Positions 18,517 through 26,792 of a DNA stretch of 26,868 bases are shown here, piece after piece. The DNA is from a virus (taxonomy: Duplodnaviria; Caudoviricetes). The first letter of the stretch is position 1. Every line of letters begins with the position of its first letter. The notes beneath the pieces are model-generated. The model was not told where the DNA came from and did not search any database. It saw only the letters and a list, made by a program, of their open reading frames with translations. Location of the stretch: positions 1 to 26,868 of the IMG/VR virus record IMGVR_UViG_3300025288_000094. One strand, 5' to 3'. The position numbers and the translations under genes are program-made.

Positions 18517-19248
18517 ATGGCTCAAGCAGAATGGTCGACGCTCACTGATTCGCTCGGCGCTCCTTCGGTCGCTCGCGGCGTAACGTCCGGCGTGGCCAAG
18601 CCGAACGGGGGAGGGAACTTCGTCTTCGGTTTCCACTCGCTCGCGATCGTCGATGGCGCTGTGGCGCTCCACAACAACCAAGTCGACTTCGCTCCCATGG
18701 CGCTCGGCGGCTCCGTGCGCGGTGCCATCAAGCGAGCGCCTGGCGGAGGCAAGACAGGCTTTGCGCCCTTTTTCTTCATCGGACTGCAAGGGCCTTCGGT
18801 GACTGACCTTGGGTATCTTCTTGGGCTCGGCGACGCGGATCCGCATCACATCGTGTTGCGCAAGGGCTCGATCGCGAGCGGGCTGCCTGACCTCGCGCCT
18901 GATCCTGCGAGCTCCCCCAACATCCTGATGAGGAGCAGTGAATCGTTCGAGGAAGACACCTGGCTGCATCTGCGGCTCGACATGATCGTTCAAGGCACGG
19001 GAGACGTGCTGTTGCAGGTCTTCAAGAACGACCTCAACACGAACCCGGTGACCGCACCTGTATGGGCGCAGGTGAGTGGGATGGAAGGGCCCTGGTCGCC
19101 CACCATCGACGGCTTCATTGACGACGCTCTGAGCGTCAACACGGGTTCGGCTCCGTTCACTTCTGGCAGGGCTGGGATGGCCTTCAGAGTCGAAGACGTG
19201 ACGCGCAGGGCGTTCTTCGATCATCTCGAAATCGCGCGACAGGTCTAG
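18517..19248 (+). CDS. Hypothetical beta-rich baseplate-associated protein
   Basis: 243 aa, AGGAG SD. Beta-sandwich/lectin-like pattern WLHLRLDMIV...GRAGMAF...FFDHLEI. Confidence 0.75.
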   Translation: MAQAEWSTLTDSLGAPSVARGVTSGVAKPNGGGNFVFGFHSLAIVDGAVALHNNQVDFAPMALGGSVRGAIKRAPGGGKTGFAPFFFIGLQGPSVTDLGYLLGLGDADPHHIVLRKGSIASGLPDLAPDPASSPNILMRSSESFEEDTWLHLRLDMIVQGTGDVLLQVFKNDLNTNPVTAPVWAQVSGMEGPWSPTIDGFIDDALSVNTGSAPFTSGRAGMAFRVEDVTRRAFFDHLEIARQV

Positions 19249-19256
19249 GAGGCAGC

Positions 19257-19754
19257 ATGGCTTTGACACCGGCAACGATCCTGCGCGCAACGGACGCGAG
19301 CGGAAACCAGATCAGGACGCTCGACGATGGACCGGTGGCCGTCCCTGGCGCGGCTCTCATTGGCAACGCGGGCGAGCATGTGGGCATCGAAGCGTCTCCG
19401 CTCGTGGTGAAGCCGAAGACAGGGACGCTCGTCTCGACTGGCGCTGCATTGGAAGCGTCGCACGTCGTGAAGAACCTGCCTGGAGTCTTCTACCGTGCGA
19501 GGCTCACCTTCGGGACTGTTCCGGGTGTGCCACTCTTCCTTCAAGTCTTCGACAGCGCGACGGCGCCGATCGCTGGCACGGTGCCTTTGTTACGGAAGGG
19601 CCACGACCCTTCCGTCAACGGCTTCCACTCCATCGAGATCGAAGTCCCCGAAGGGCTCGCCACGGCGGCAGGCATTCAGGTCGGGGTTTCCACAGATCCT
19701 GCAGTCTTTGCAAGTGCTGGAAACATCGGGCTGTTCGACGTTTTCTACGAATGA
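19257..19754 (+). CDS. Hypothetical beta-rich structural protein
   Basis: 165 aa, GGAGG SD, alternating-strand pattern, within the baseplate cluster. Confidence 0.7.
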   Translation: MALTPATILRATDASGNQIRTLDDGPVAVPGAALIGNAGEHVGIEASPLVVKPKTGTLVSTGAALEASHVVKNLPGVFYRARLTFGTVPGVPLFLQVFDSATAPIAGTVPLLRKGHDPSVNGFHSIEIEVPEGLATAAGIQVGVSTDPAVFASAGNIGLFDVFYE

Positions 19755-19762
19755 GATGACCA

Positions 19763-20218
19763 GTGACCTTGCTTGTAGTCCTCGATTCACGCGCCCACAG
19801 GCTGCCGATCACGGTCGGCGACTTGAGCGCGTTCGAGCGACACCTCGGCGTAGAGCAAGGGCGCATGCCGAAGCCCGGCGCGCCTGGCGGTTCCTACGTT
19901 TACGAGTTGGGCCACGCATCGAGAGAAGGAGGGCGCTTCGACGTAGGCGACTACCATGAAGTCTCTCAGGTGATCGGCACGCCGGACTCCAACGCGAAAC
20001 TGTTCCGCGTGGACGTTGACGTGTTGCTCCCTGAGACGCTCCCGACCTCGCCGGCCGTCGTGTGGGAGTTCAGCGCCACCTTGAACGGAAACAAGTTCTA
20101 CTCGCGCAGGTTGGCGGCAGAACAGCGCGACCTGATCCTGCGCGACATCGCAGTCAGCCTTGCTACCAGCGCACCACCGGACACGATCGCCTTCCGACTC
20201 GCACTGGTGCTTGCCTGA
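19763..20218 (+). CDS. Hypothetical protein (start uncertain)
   Basis: 151-aa ORF filling the gap. Its TGA overlaps the ATG of the next gene. Confidence 0.65.
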   Translation: MTLLVVLDSRAHRLPITVGDLSAFERHLGVEQGRMPKPGAPGGSYVYELGHASREGGRFDVGDYHEVSQVIGTPDSNAKLFRVDVDVLLPETLPTSPAVVWEFSATLNGNKFYSRRLAAEQRDLILRDIAVSLATSAPPDTIAFRLALVLA

Positions 20219-21972
20219 TGGCTGACGACCTCGAAGTGATGCTCCCCAGCGTTCAGCTCGACCTGGCCAGGGAGGACATCGGCGACGCCACCCAAGGCAC
20301 GGACATCTCGACGCTGGTGGAAGCGTTCGCGTTGGCTGACGGACAAACGCTTCTCGTCGCGGTCGATGGAGGCGCAGCGCAGTCAGTCGCTTTTCTCTCG
20401 GTGGACTTCGACGACATCGCAGCGACGACCGCTGCCGAGGCCGTGAACGTGATCAACGGCGCGCTGGTGGGCGCGGTCGCGTCAGATGAGTTAGGCGCCG
20501 TGCGCCTGACCTCCGACGTGTTCGGTGCGGCGTCGAGCATTCAAGTCACAGGCGGCACAGCGGCCGCTGCATTCGGCTTCTCGGGCGCGTTGAAGTCTGG
20601 CTCCGACGTCACCCCGATCACTCAGCTGATCAACCGCATTCCAGAGCCCAACGAACAAGGAGTACCGGTCAGCACGTCGCTCGAGATCGAGATCCACAGT
20701 GGCAACGGCACGGCTCCAAACGCAGCGACTGTTCTCGTGTGGGTCGACGGCGTGCTTGCTTGGGACGGCGCTGTCTACGATCCGGCGTTTTCCGGCGTCG
20801 TCGCGAACCCTGATGTAGCCACGCTACGCTTCCGCTTCGGGCCTGTCTCAGGCCTGGATTCCGACGTTTCCGTGCTCGTGCGCGTGACAGAAAGCGTCTC
20901 TGGTCTCGACGAGTCCTACTCTTTCACGACGGAAGACCTGACGGCGCCGATTGTCACAGACGTCGTGGCACGCACGCGCTCGGTTGTGCGTGTGACGTTC
21001 AGCGAGCCCGTGTTGCAGGTGAGCCCTTCAAGTGCCGCTGACGCACTCAACCCATCGAACTACCTCTTCACCCGGGTCGCGGTCCCAGCGGTCGACGTCG
21101 TGCCAATGGAAGTGCTCCCCATCGACTCGGTCACCGTCGACATCTACACCGACTTGGAACTCTCTTTTGGCCTGCCCTACGCGTTGACAGTTTCCAACGT
21201 CGAGGACCTGTTCGGCAACGCGGTGTCTGGCGGGGCCTTCGTGTTCGACTCCTTCCAGCCTGAGATCCCAGATGGGCGCCACGCGCAACTGATCGAATGG
21301 CTCCCACAGCTCAACAGGACCGAAGACACGACGGGCGAACTGGCCTTGTTCGTCGCCATCTTGCAGGACGTCTTTGATCTGCTGTTGTACAGCGTCGACG
21401 ACTGGACGCGCATCCTCGATCCGGACTTCGCGCCAGAAGATTTCCTTGATGCAATGCTGCTCGACCTCGGCAACCCTTTTGCTTTCGCCGCCTTGGACGA
21501 GACCGACAAACGGCGGCTGTTGCGGGTGCTCGTCAGCATCTACAAGGCGAAGGGCACGGCCCAGGGGATCATCGACGTCATCAGGTTCTTCGTCGGCCCG
21601 ACCGTCACCATCGACGTCTTCAACGGCGGAGGATGGGAGCTTGCAGCTGCGGACGGTCCCACGTTGGACGGCACGAGTCCTCCTGCCGGACCAGGGGACG
21701 AGCTGTCGTCAGCGACCGAAGAGCCGGCCGACGCGGCTTCCCTCGGGCCAGACGAATCTCGGCTACTCTACTCTTTCGTGGTAGTCTCTCCGGTGAACCT
21801 GACGGATGAGGAGCGAGCGAGGATCTTGTCTATCGTGGACTTCATGAAGCCAGCGCATACTCACCTCGTCGACATCTCAGAACCGGCGGTGGCGGCGGCT
21901 TCGGTTGATCATCTCGAACTTGGAGTGAGCGAATTGGGCGGGGGCACCGTCGGAACATGGACGCTTCACTGA
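20218..21972 (+). CDS. Baseplate wedge protein (P2 gpI-like) with N-terminal accessory and Ig-like domains
   Basis: ATG at 20218. C-terminal ILDPDFAPEDFLDAMLLDLG...YKAKGTAQGI...DFMKPAHT is a gpI signature. Middle has Ig-like VRVTFSEPV...NPSNY...YALTVSNVEDLFGN. Confidence 0.8.
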   Translation: MADDLEVMLPSVQLDLAREDIGDATQGTDISTLVEAFALADGQTLLVAVDGGAAQSVAFLSVDFDDIAATTAAEAVNVINGALVGAVASDELGAVRLTSDVFGAASSIQVTGGTAAAAFGFSGALKSGSDVTPITQLINRIPEPNEQGVPVSTSLEIEIHSGNGTAPNAATVLVWVDGVLAWDGAVYDPAFSGVVANPDVATLRFRFGPVSGLDSDVSVLVRVTESVSGLDESYSFTTEDLTAPIVTDVVARTRSVVRVTFSEPVLQVSPSSAADALNPSNYLFTRVAVPAVDVVPMEVLPIDSVTVDIYTDLELSFGLPYALTVSNVEDLFGNAVSGGAFVFDSFQPEIPDGRHAQLIEWLPQLNRTEDTTGELALFVAILQDVFDLLLYSVDDWTRILDPDFAPEDFLDAMLLDLGNPFAFAALDETDKRRLLRVLVSIYKAKGTAQGIIDVIRFFVGPTVTIDVFNGGGWELAAADGPTLDGTSPPAGPGDELSSATEEPADAASLGPDESRLLYSFVVVSPVNLTDEERARILSIVDFMKPAHTHLVDISEPAVAAASVDHLELGVSELGGGTVGTWTLH

Positions 21973-21992
21973 AAGCACGATAGGAGACCTTC

Positions 21993-23567
21993 ATGCAACG
22001 CTACAACTTCTTCTTCCGCCAGAAGGTCACCGAGAGCGAACTCGACGCGGCCTTCGACGCGTGCGAGCAGACCGAGTTCAACACCCACCTCGCGCAAGGC
22101 ATCATCGGGATCCAAGCCAACGCGGTGGCGACCGAAAACTCAGGCACGCCGAACCTCACGATCGACATCTCTGGGCCAGCAGAGATCCGCGACCAACTCG
22201 GGCAACGCATTCACTGGACGCCGACTCAGGACGTTGATGTGAGCGTCGACGAGAACGGCAACAGCACAACGGTCGGCGCAGCCGGCAACCAGAAATGGAT
22301 CAGTATCTTCGCAGAGTTCCAACGTGTGCTCGCGGACCCGCGAACGGACGGCGCGGGCGTCCCGCTCCAGTACAACTCGGCGGAGAGCTTCAAGATCAAC
22401 GTCGTGCAAGGCGCAGAGGCGCCGCTCGGCACGGCAGCGCGCCCGGCGTTGCGCGGCGACCAGATATTGCTCACCGACCTCTCGCTCACCTTCGGCCAGA
22501 CCCAGGTGCTCAACGCCAACTTCATCACTGATCGGCGACAGGACGCGTTCGTGATCAACGGCGGAGTCGTGCGTGCTGGCACGGCAGAGGCCGCGATCGA
22601 GAACCTTTCAACGGCGTTTGCGCTCGACGATCTCATGCACATTAGCGTCGGTGAGATCGTCACTGGTGAGAAGTCCATGCGGGCCAAGATACGGCTCGAC
22701 GACGCCGGCGCTTTCATCGACGCTACTGCGTTGAAGGCGACGGGATCGTCTGACCCGATCTTCCGTGACCTTGTGCGCGCGCCTTCCGGTAGCGCGGGCT
22801 CGCTCGTGCTGGTGAAGATCGCGGAGTTCCTCAGCGCTGAGACCGATGGCGTGAACGTAGCGAGAGTCCGGCGGTTCGTGCATCCAAACGGCGGCTACCT
22901 CGTCACCTTCAACGCGGACTTCGACAACGACTCGCACCTTTTCACCGCGGACGCGAACCTCTCGGCGTACTCCTACATGTACGCAGGCATGCAAGTCAGC
23001 GTAGCGGAGACGATTCGATTCGTGCAGCGCCGCGCCGTCGCTGCGGCGGGCGAGACCTGGGACGACACGAGCTGGTCTGCGGTCGTTATCGGCGAAGGCT
23101 ACGTTGACAACGGAGGCGCTTTCTTCACCGGAGGAACCGCAGTGATCGGCGACGGGCGACTCCTGTTCGATTCCCCTACGGCGTTAGGCAGCAACCCTAC
23201 GGCGCTTGCCAATCCTGGCACGAACGCACTCTACGCCAAGAACATCATGAAGGTCTGGGCGAAGATCGAGATCAATGCTGGCGTAGTCACCTTGACTGGG
23301 CGGGACGCGTTCGGCGTGGCGTCGGTCGTGGCGTCGGCACCAAACTTCATAGTCAACTATCACAATAACTTTCAGAACCTCGAGTATGCGATCGTTCCTG
23401 CGCCTTTCTTCGAGCCGACGCTTGTGGCTGTGCTCATGTTCCGGCCGGTCTCGACAGCAGCTGGCAGCACGACGTTTGAGATTCGGCGCGCTGACACCGG
23501 CGCTGCGGTGTCGATTGCGAGTGTGTTCGCATTCTGTAACCTCATGTGCTTCGGTGAACAGCTCTGA
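21993..23567 (+). CDS. Putative tail fibre / receptor-binding protein
   Basis: 524 aa, AGGAG SD, follows the gpI-like gene. N-terminal FFFRQKVTESELD anchor-like motif, C-terminal beta domain KVWAKI...FGVASV...FQNLEYA. Confidence 0.65.
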   Translation: MQRYNFFFRQKVTESELDAAFDACEQTEFNTHLAQGIIGIQANAVATENSGTPNLTIDISGPAEIRDQLGQRIHWTPTQDVDVSVDENGNSTTVGAAGNQKWISIFAEFQRVLADPRTDGAGVPLQYNSAESFKINVVQGAEAPLGTAARPALRGDQILLTDLSLTFGQTQVLNANFITDRRQDAFVINGGVVRAGTAEAAIENLSTAFALDDLMHISVGEIVTGEKSMRAKIRLDDAGAFIDATALKATGSSDPIFRDLVRAPSGSAGSLVLVKIAEFLSAETDGVNVARVRRFVHPNGGYLVTFNADFDNDSHLFTADANLSAYSYMYAGMQVSVAETIRFVQRRAVAAAGETWDDTSWSAVVIGEGYVDNGGAFFTGGTAVIGDGRLLFDSPTALGSNPTALANPGTNALYAKNIMKVWAKIEINAGVVTLTGRDAFGVASVVASAPNFIVNYHNNFQNLEYAIVPAPFFEPTLVAVLMFRPVSTAAGSTTFEIRRADTGAAVSIASVFAFCNLMCFGEQL

Positions 23568-23587
23568 GAAGGTTGAGAGGTCACTTC

Positions 23588-24055
23588 GTGTGGGAGTTCT
23601 TGAACAACTTGCTCGACAAGGCCGGAGTGGTCGTTGCCCTCTTTGCCCTCACCGTCCTTGCGTTCGTGGGCATTGCGCGCATTGCATGGAAGCAGATGGA
23701 GCGCCTCAACGAGCGCCTCTTGGAATCGCGCAACCAAGTGGAGATCATCCGGCGGCAAGACGAAGAGAAGCGCGCAGTGATGCGCATGGCTTTCGACGAG
23801 GAGCGGATTGCGTTTGCTTCCGAGCGCGCACGCATTGCAGCAGAGCATGCAGCGGAGCTGATCTCCGTAGCGGAGCTTGCGCGAAAAGAAGCGCGCGGCT
23901 TCGGCGAACGCGTCGACTTGCTGCGCGACAGGCACACCACGCAGATGGTGGAGCTCGTCGAGAAGTCCACCCGTCACATCGAGCGCATCGATCAATCGAT
24001 CTCGCGTCTTGGAGTAGCAATCGACGTGCTCGTCCGCGTCGGAGAAGGCAGGTAA
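23588..24055 (+). CDS. Single-TM coiled-coil protein (holin-like or lysis accessory)
   Basis: Probable GTG at 23588 after GAGAGG (ORF track starts at 23573). TM GVVVALFALTVLAFVGIA followed by a long charged coiled coil. Confidence 0.6.
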   Translation: MWEFLNNLLDKAGVVVALFALTVLAFVGIARIAWKQMERLNERLLESRNQVEIIRRQDEEKRAVMRMAFDEERIAFASERARIAAEHAAELISVAELARKEARGFGERVDLLRDRHTTQMVELVEKSTRHIERIDQSISRLGVAIDVLVRVGEGR

Positions 24056-24059
24056 TCGC

Positions 24060-24320
24060 ATGGTCGAGGAACTGTTGATGCCTGCGGAGCTGGACGAGAA
24101 CGAAGACGCGCCTACTTCGTTGACGGAAGCGCTCGAGCAGTTCTCCAAGGCCATTGCCAAAAGTCTGGAGTCGCTCGACGTTGCCGACAAAGCGGTGCAA
24201 CGGCTGTGCGTCGTTGCGCGCCGCAAGGTAAATCACCAACTGCGGCTCGTGACGCAGGTGCCGCCGAAGATTGCGAGCCAAGAAGAAGACGACGACGACG
24301 CCGACGACAAGGTCGTTTAA
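24060..24320 (+). CDS. Small acidic helical hypothetical protein
   Basis: 86 aa, fills the gap, Asp-rich C-terminal tail. Confidence 0.6.
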   Translation: MVEELLMPAELDENEDAPTSLTEALEQFSKAIAKSLESLDVADKAVQRLCVVARRKVNHQLRLVTQVPPKIASQEEDDDDADDKVV

Positions 24321-24331
24321 CAGGAGAACGG

Positions 24332-25186
24332 ATGCCAACAGGACTCGCTCAGTACGTTCGGAGAATCAACGCCAAGCATCACGGCTCGCCGGCCGAGTTC
24401 GCGTCCAAGTGCCAAGAGCACGGGATGCAATGGATGGCGCTCGCAGGCCCTTGGCATGACACCAGGGGCGAACGAATGATCAACGATGCGGAGACGTGCA
24501 GGAGCTACCTCGACGCGCTCGCAGACGCGGGCGTCGAACCTTATGTCTGGGGCTACCCGTGGCAAGGGAACGAAGAAGCGTTCGTGCGCCAGATGCGCGA
24601 ATGCGCTGGCGACCATCGACGCGGGCTGTTGGACTCTGAACTCGGCGCGAACCCGAGGAAGAAGCCGAGTGGTGTGGGGTTCGAGAAGGCGGAGGCACAT
24701 GCTGTCCGGCTCGTCGACCTGATGGCAAGCGAGGGCTTCGAACGGTGCGGCCTCTCTTCGTTCGGGAGCGGCGTCAAGATGGGCTGGTTCCCGATGCGCG
24801 CATTCATCTTGCGGCTGCTCGAACGTTTCGACGCTCGCTGTTTCGTGGGCGGGCAGACGTACACGGAGAACAAGCGGATCGATGCGTCGATGGCCGACTA
24901 CATCAAGGCCGTGAAGGACGCAGGCGCTTCACTGGTCGTGCCCGGAAAGCCCGGTGGAGACATCGCGCTCGTTCCGAACTTTGGCCAGTACAAGCGCGTG
25001 CATGGCAAGACGTTGTCGAAGACTCCTGAGGAGTTGTACTCACACCTCGGCGAGTTCATCGACGAGAACGAGCCCGTGAGCGCGCTGATTGGTTGGGCAG
25101 AGAACTTCTGCACGCCGGGTCAGTGGAGGATGCTGCAGCGCTTCGCCGTGCAGATCGAGCGCGGGGCGTGTAGTCTTCCTTTGTAA
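24332..25186 (+). CDS. Putative endolysin, glycoside-hydrolase-like TIM barrel
   Basis: ATG at 24332 with AGGAG SD, 284 aa. Alternating alpha/beta pattern, PYVWGYP, LLDSE (D-x-E), flanked by membrane-protein genes. Confidence 0.5.
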   Translation: MPTGLAQYVRRINAKHHGSPAEFASKCQEHGMQWMALAGPWHDTRGERMINDAETCRSYLDALADAGVEPYVWGYPWQGNEEAFVRQMRECAGDHRRGLLDSELGANPRKKPSGVGFEKAEAHAVRLVDLMASEGFERCGLSSFGSGVKMGWFPMRAFILRLLERFDARCFVGGQTYTENKRIDASMADYIKAVKDAGASLVVPGKPGGDIALVPNFGQYKRVHGKTLSKTPEELYSHLGEFIDENEPVSALIGWAENFCTPGQWRMLQRFAVQIERGACSLPL

Positions 25187-25203
25187 CTCGCAAGGAGACA
25201 CGC

Positions 25204-25545
25204 GTGGAAGAGTTCGTCAGTAAATGGGCAGTGGTCGTTGGGTTGTTCCTCGGCATCGGCATCTTCTACCAGGCCGTGAAGATGACGGTGCGCGCGAAGG
25301 CCGGAGACACAGGATTCAAGGGCGTCTTCTACGTCTGGAAGCGAGTGTTGCTTCTGCCGTTGGGTTGTGCTGCCGGCGCGGCCTGTGCGTTACTCGGTGC
25401 TGCCATCCCGCCGTTCCTCGGCCAAGGCATCGGCGGAGGCGTGCTTGCTGGACTTCTCGCGAGCGCTGCGGCTGGGCTCGCCTACGAGCAGATCATCGGG
25501 ACGGCCAAGGCGATGATGCGCCACAAGGTTGCGAAGGCGGAGTAG
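25204..25545 (+). CDS. Putative holin
   Basis: 113 aa, AAGGAG SD, three hydrophobic segments, basic C-terminus, adjacent to the putative lysin. Confidence 0.65.
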   Translation: MEEFVSKWAVVVGLFLGIGIFYQAVKMTVRAKAGDTGFKGVFYVWKRVLLLPLGCAAGAACALLGAAIPPFLGQGIGGGVLAGLLASAAAGLAYEQIIGTAKAMMRHKVAKAE

Positions 25546-25550
25546 CCGAC

Positions 25551-25898
25551 GTGGCCAAAGCATGGTCGTGGCTGAAGCAACGGGCGACGCAGGTGCTCGG
25601 CGCCTGCGTCGCATTGCTTCTCCTTGCGCTCGGCGTGGGGTGGCTCTGGCGTCGTCAGGCACTTGGCGGACTCAAGGACAAGCTGAAGGTCACCGAGGTG
25701 CAACGAGACATTGCAGGCCTCGATGCGCGCCGAGAGGCGCTGCAGGAACAGTCAGCTGCGGTGGAGCTGAAGGTCGAAGCGAACGACACGGAGCTTGCTG
25801 AGAACCAGCGCCAGCTCGATGCGCCGGAAACGGACACGTCGGGCATGGACGCAGAAGAGGTCTCAGAGGCATTCAAAGCACTCTGGTCGAAGCGATGA
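25551..25898 (+). CDS. Putative inner-membrane spanin (Rz-like)
   Basis: GTG at 25551 with GGAG SD, 115 aa. N-terminal TM VLGACVALLLLALGVGWLW then coiled coil. Confidence 0.55.
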   Translation: MAKAWSWLKQRATQVLGACVALLLLALGVGWLWRRQALGGLKDKLKVTEVQRDIAGLDARREALQEQSAAVELKVEANDTELAENQRQLDAPETDTSGMDAEEVSEAFKALWSKR

Positions 25899-26422
25899 GA
25901 CGCTGGGACAGTCGTGAGCGCAACGCGTGCATGGCAGCTCAGCTCGTCTTGGACGTCGAACGACGCGTGCGACCAGTGGATTGGCTCTTCCACGTCGCTT
26001 TCCTTTGCTTCGTGCTCGCCGCGAACTGCGCCCACGCGCAATGCCCCGGTTCTCCGGTGGCGCTGCAGCACGAAGGCGCGGACGGCGTCTGGTTTCCGCT
26101 CGAAACTTCCCGCTGCCTGCTCGCGAACGAACTCGGGTTCGAGCATCAGCTCCCGCTGCTCCGTCAGCGCGTCACGCTCCTCGACGAAAGCCTGACCTTG
26201 CGCGACCAGCAACGCGCCTTGCTCAAAGAATCTTTGGCCCTCGCCATCGAAGCGGAGCACCGAGCGCTCTCAGCCGTCGAATCTGCGGAGCGGTTGCGGC
26301 GTAGAGCTGAGGAAGCGCTGCGTGCCTGGTGGCGTTCGCCGGAGCTGTGGATCGTCGTTGGCCTGCTGTGCGGGTTCGGCGCTGCCATCGTTGGCGCGCG
26401 CGTTGCCCGCGCTGGCCCTTGA
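25895..26422 (+). CDS. Putative second spanin-like protein (signal/TM, coiled coil, C-terminal TM)
   Basis: 175 aa, ATGA overlap. Hydrophobic WLFHVAFLCFVLAA-NCAHA, central coiled coil, C-terminal LWIVVGLLCGFGAAIVGA. Confidence 0.5.
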   Translation: MRRWDSRERNACMAAQLVLDVERRVRPVDWLFHVAFLCFVLAANCAHAQCPGSPVALQHEGADGVWFPLETSRCLLANELGFEHQLPLLRQRVTLLDESLTLRDQQRALLKESLALAIEAEHRALSAVESAERLRRRAEEALRAWWRSPELWIVVGLLCGFGAAIVGARVARAGP

Positions 26423-26423
26423 C

Positions 26424-26510
26424 GCGCGCTACGCGCCCGCAGTGGCGGCGCATGGGTTGTGGGTCGCCGCGCCCACGCACTGGCGGCACAGCGCGGCGTG
26501 GTAGCGCCGC
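26424..26510. repeat. Dispersed intergenic element, degenerate copy C; possible hairpin between convergent genes
   Basis: tggcggcacagcgcggc (26481-97) matches copy A 3660-76 at 15/17. Nested inverted repeats gcgctac/gtagcgc, cagtg/cactg, gcggcg/cgccgc. Confidence 0.5.
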
Positions 26511-26585
26511 CGGGGGCGGATCGGACAATGGGGGGAGCAACGTCGACGCCACCGGCGACGAGCAGACTTTAGCATCCGATATGGG

Positions 26586-26792
26586 TCAGTCACCCGGCAT
26601 GAAAGCCAGGCAGCGCGAGATGACCACGAGGTAATCGTTGTCGTCAGGCCTCAGACGACAGACTGGCTCGTGCGTGCACAGGCGGCAAACGTGCTCGTCC
26701 GAGTGTAAGGACTGTGCTTCGCCGACGCTGTCTACGTCGGCATAAGTTGCCCTTCTCAGAACGTTCACGAGTTTCGTTGCGCGATCCGTCAC
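26586..26792 (-). CDS. Small Cys/His-containing hypothetical protein
   Basis: 68 aa with CRLCTHEPVC...C. GTG start overlaps an upstream TGA (GTGA). Confidence 0.55.
   Translation of the reverse strand: MTDRATKLVNVLRRATYADVDSVGEAQSLHSDEHVCRLCTHEPVCRLRPDDNDYLVVISRCLAFMPGD

Noticed and set aside
21993-23567. Possible diversity-generating retroelement target or invertible fibre cassette
   Set aside because: No template repeat, reverse transcriptase, invertase or alternative fibre ends seen in the window.
3759-23567. Stand-alone eCIS or T6SS locus
   Set aside because: No ATPase, membrane complex or effectors; phage neck genes and a lysis cassette flank it. Not fully excluded without seeing head genes.
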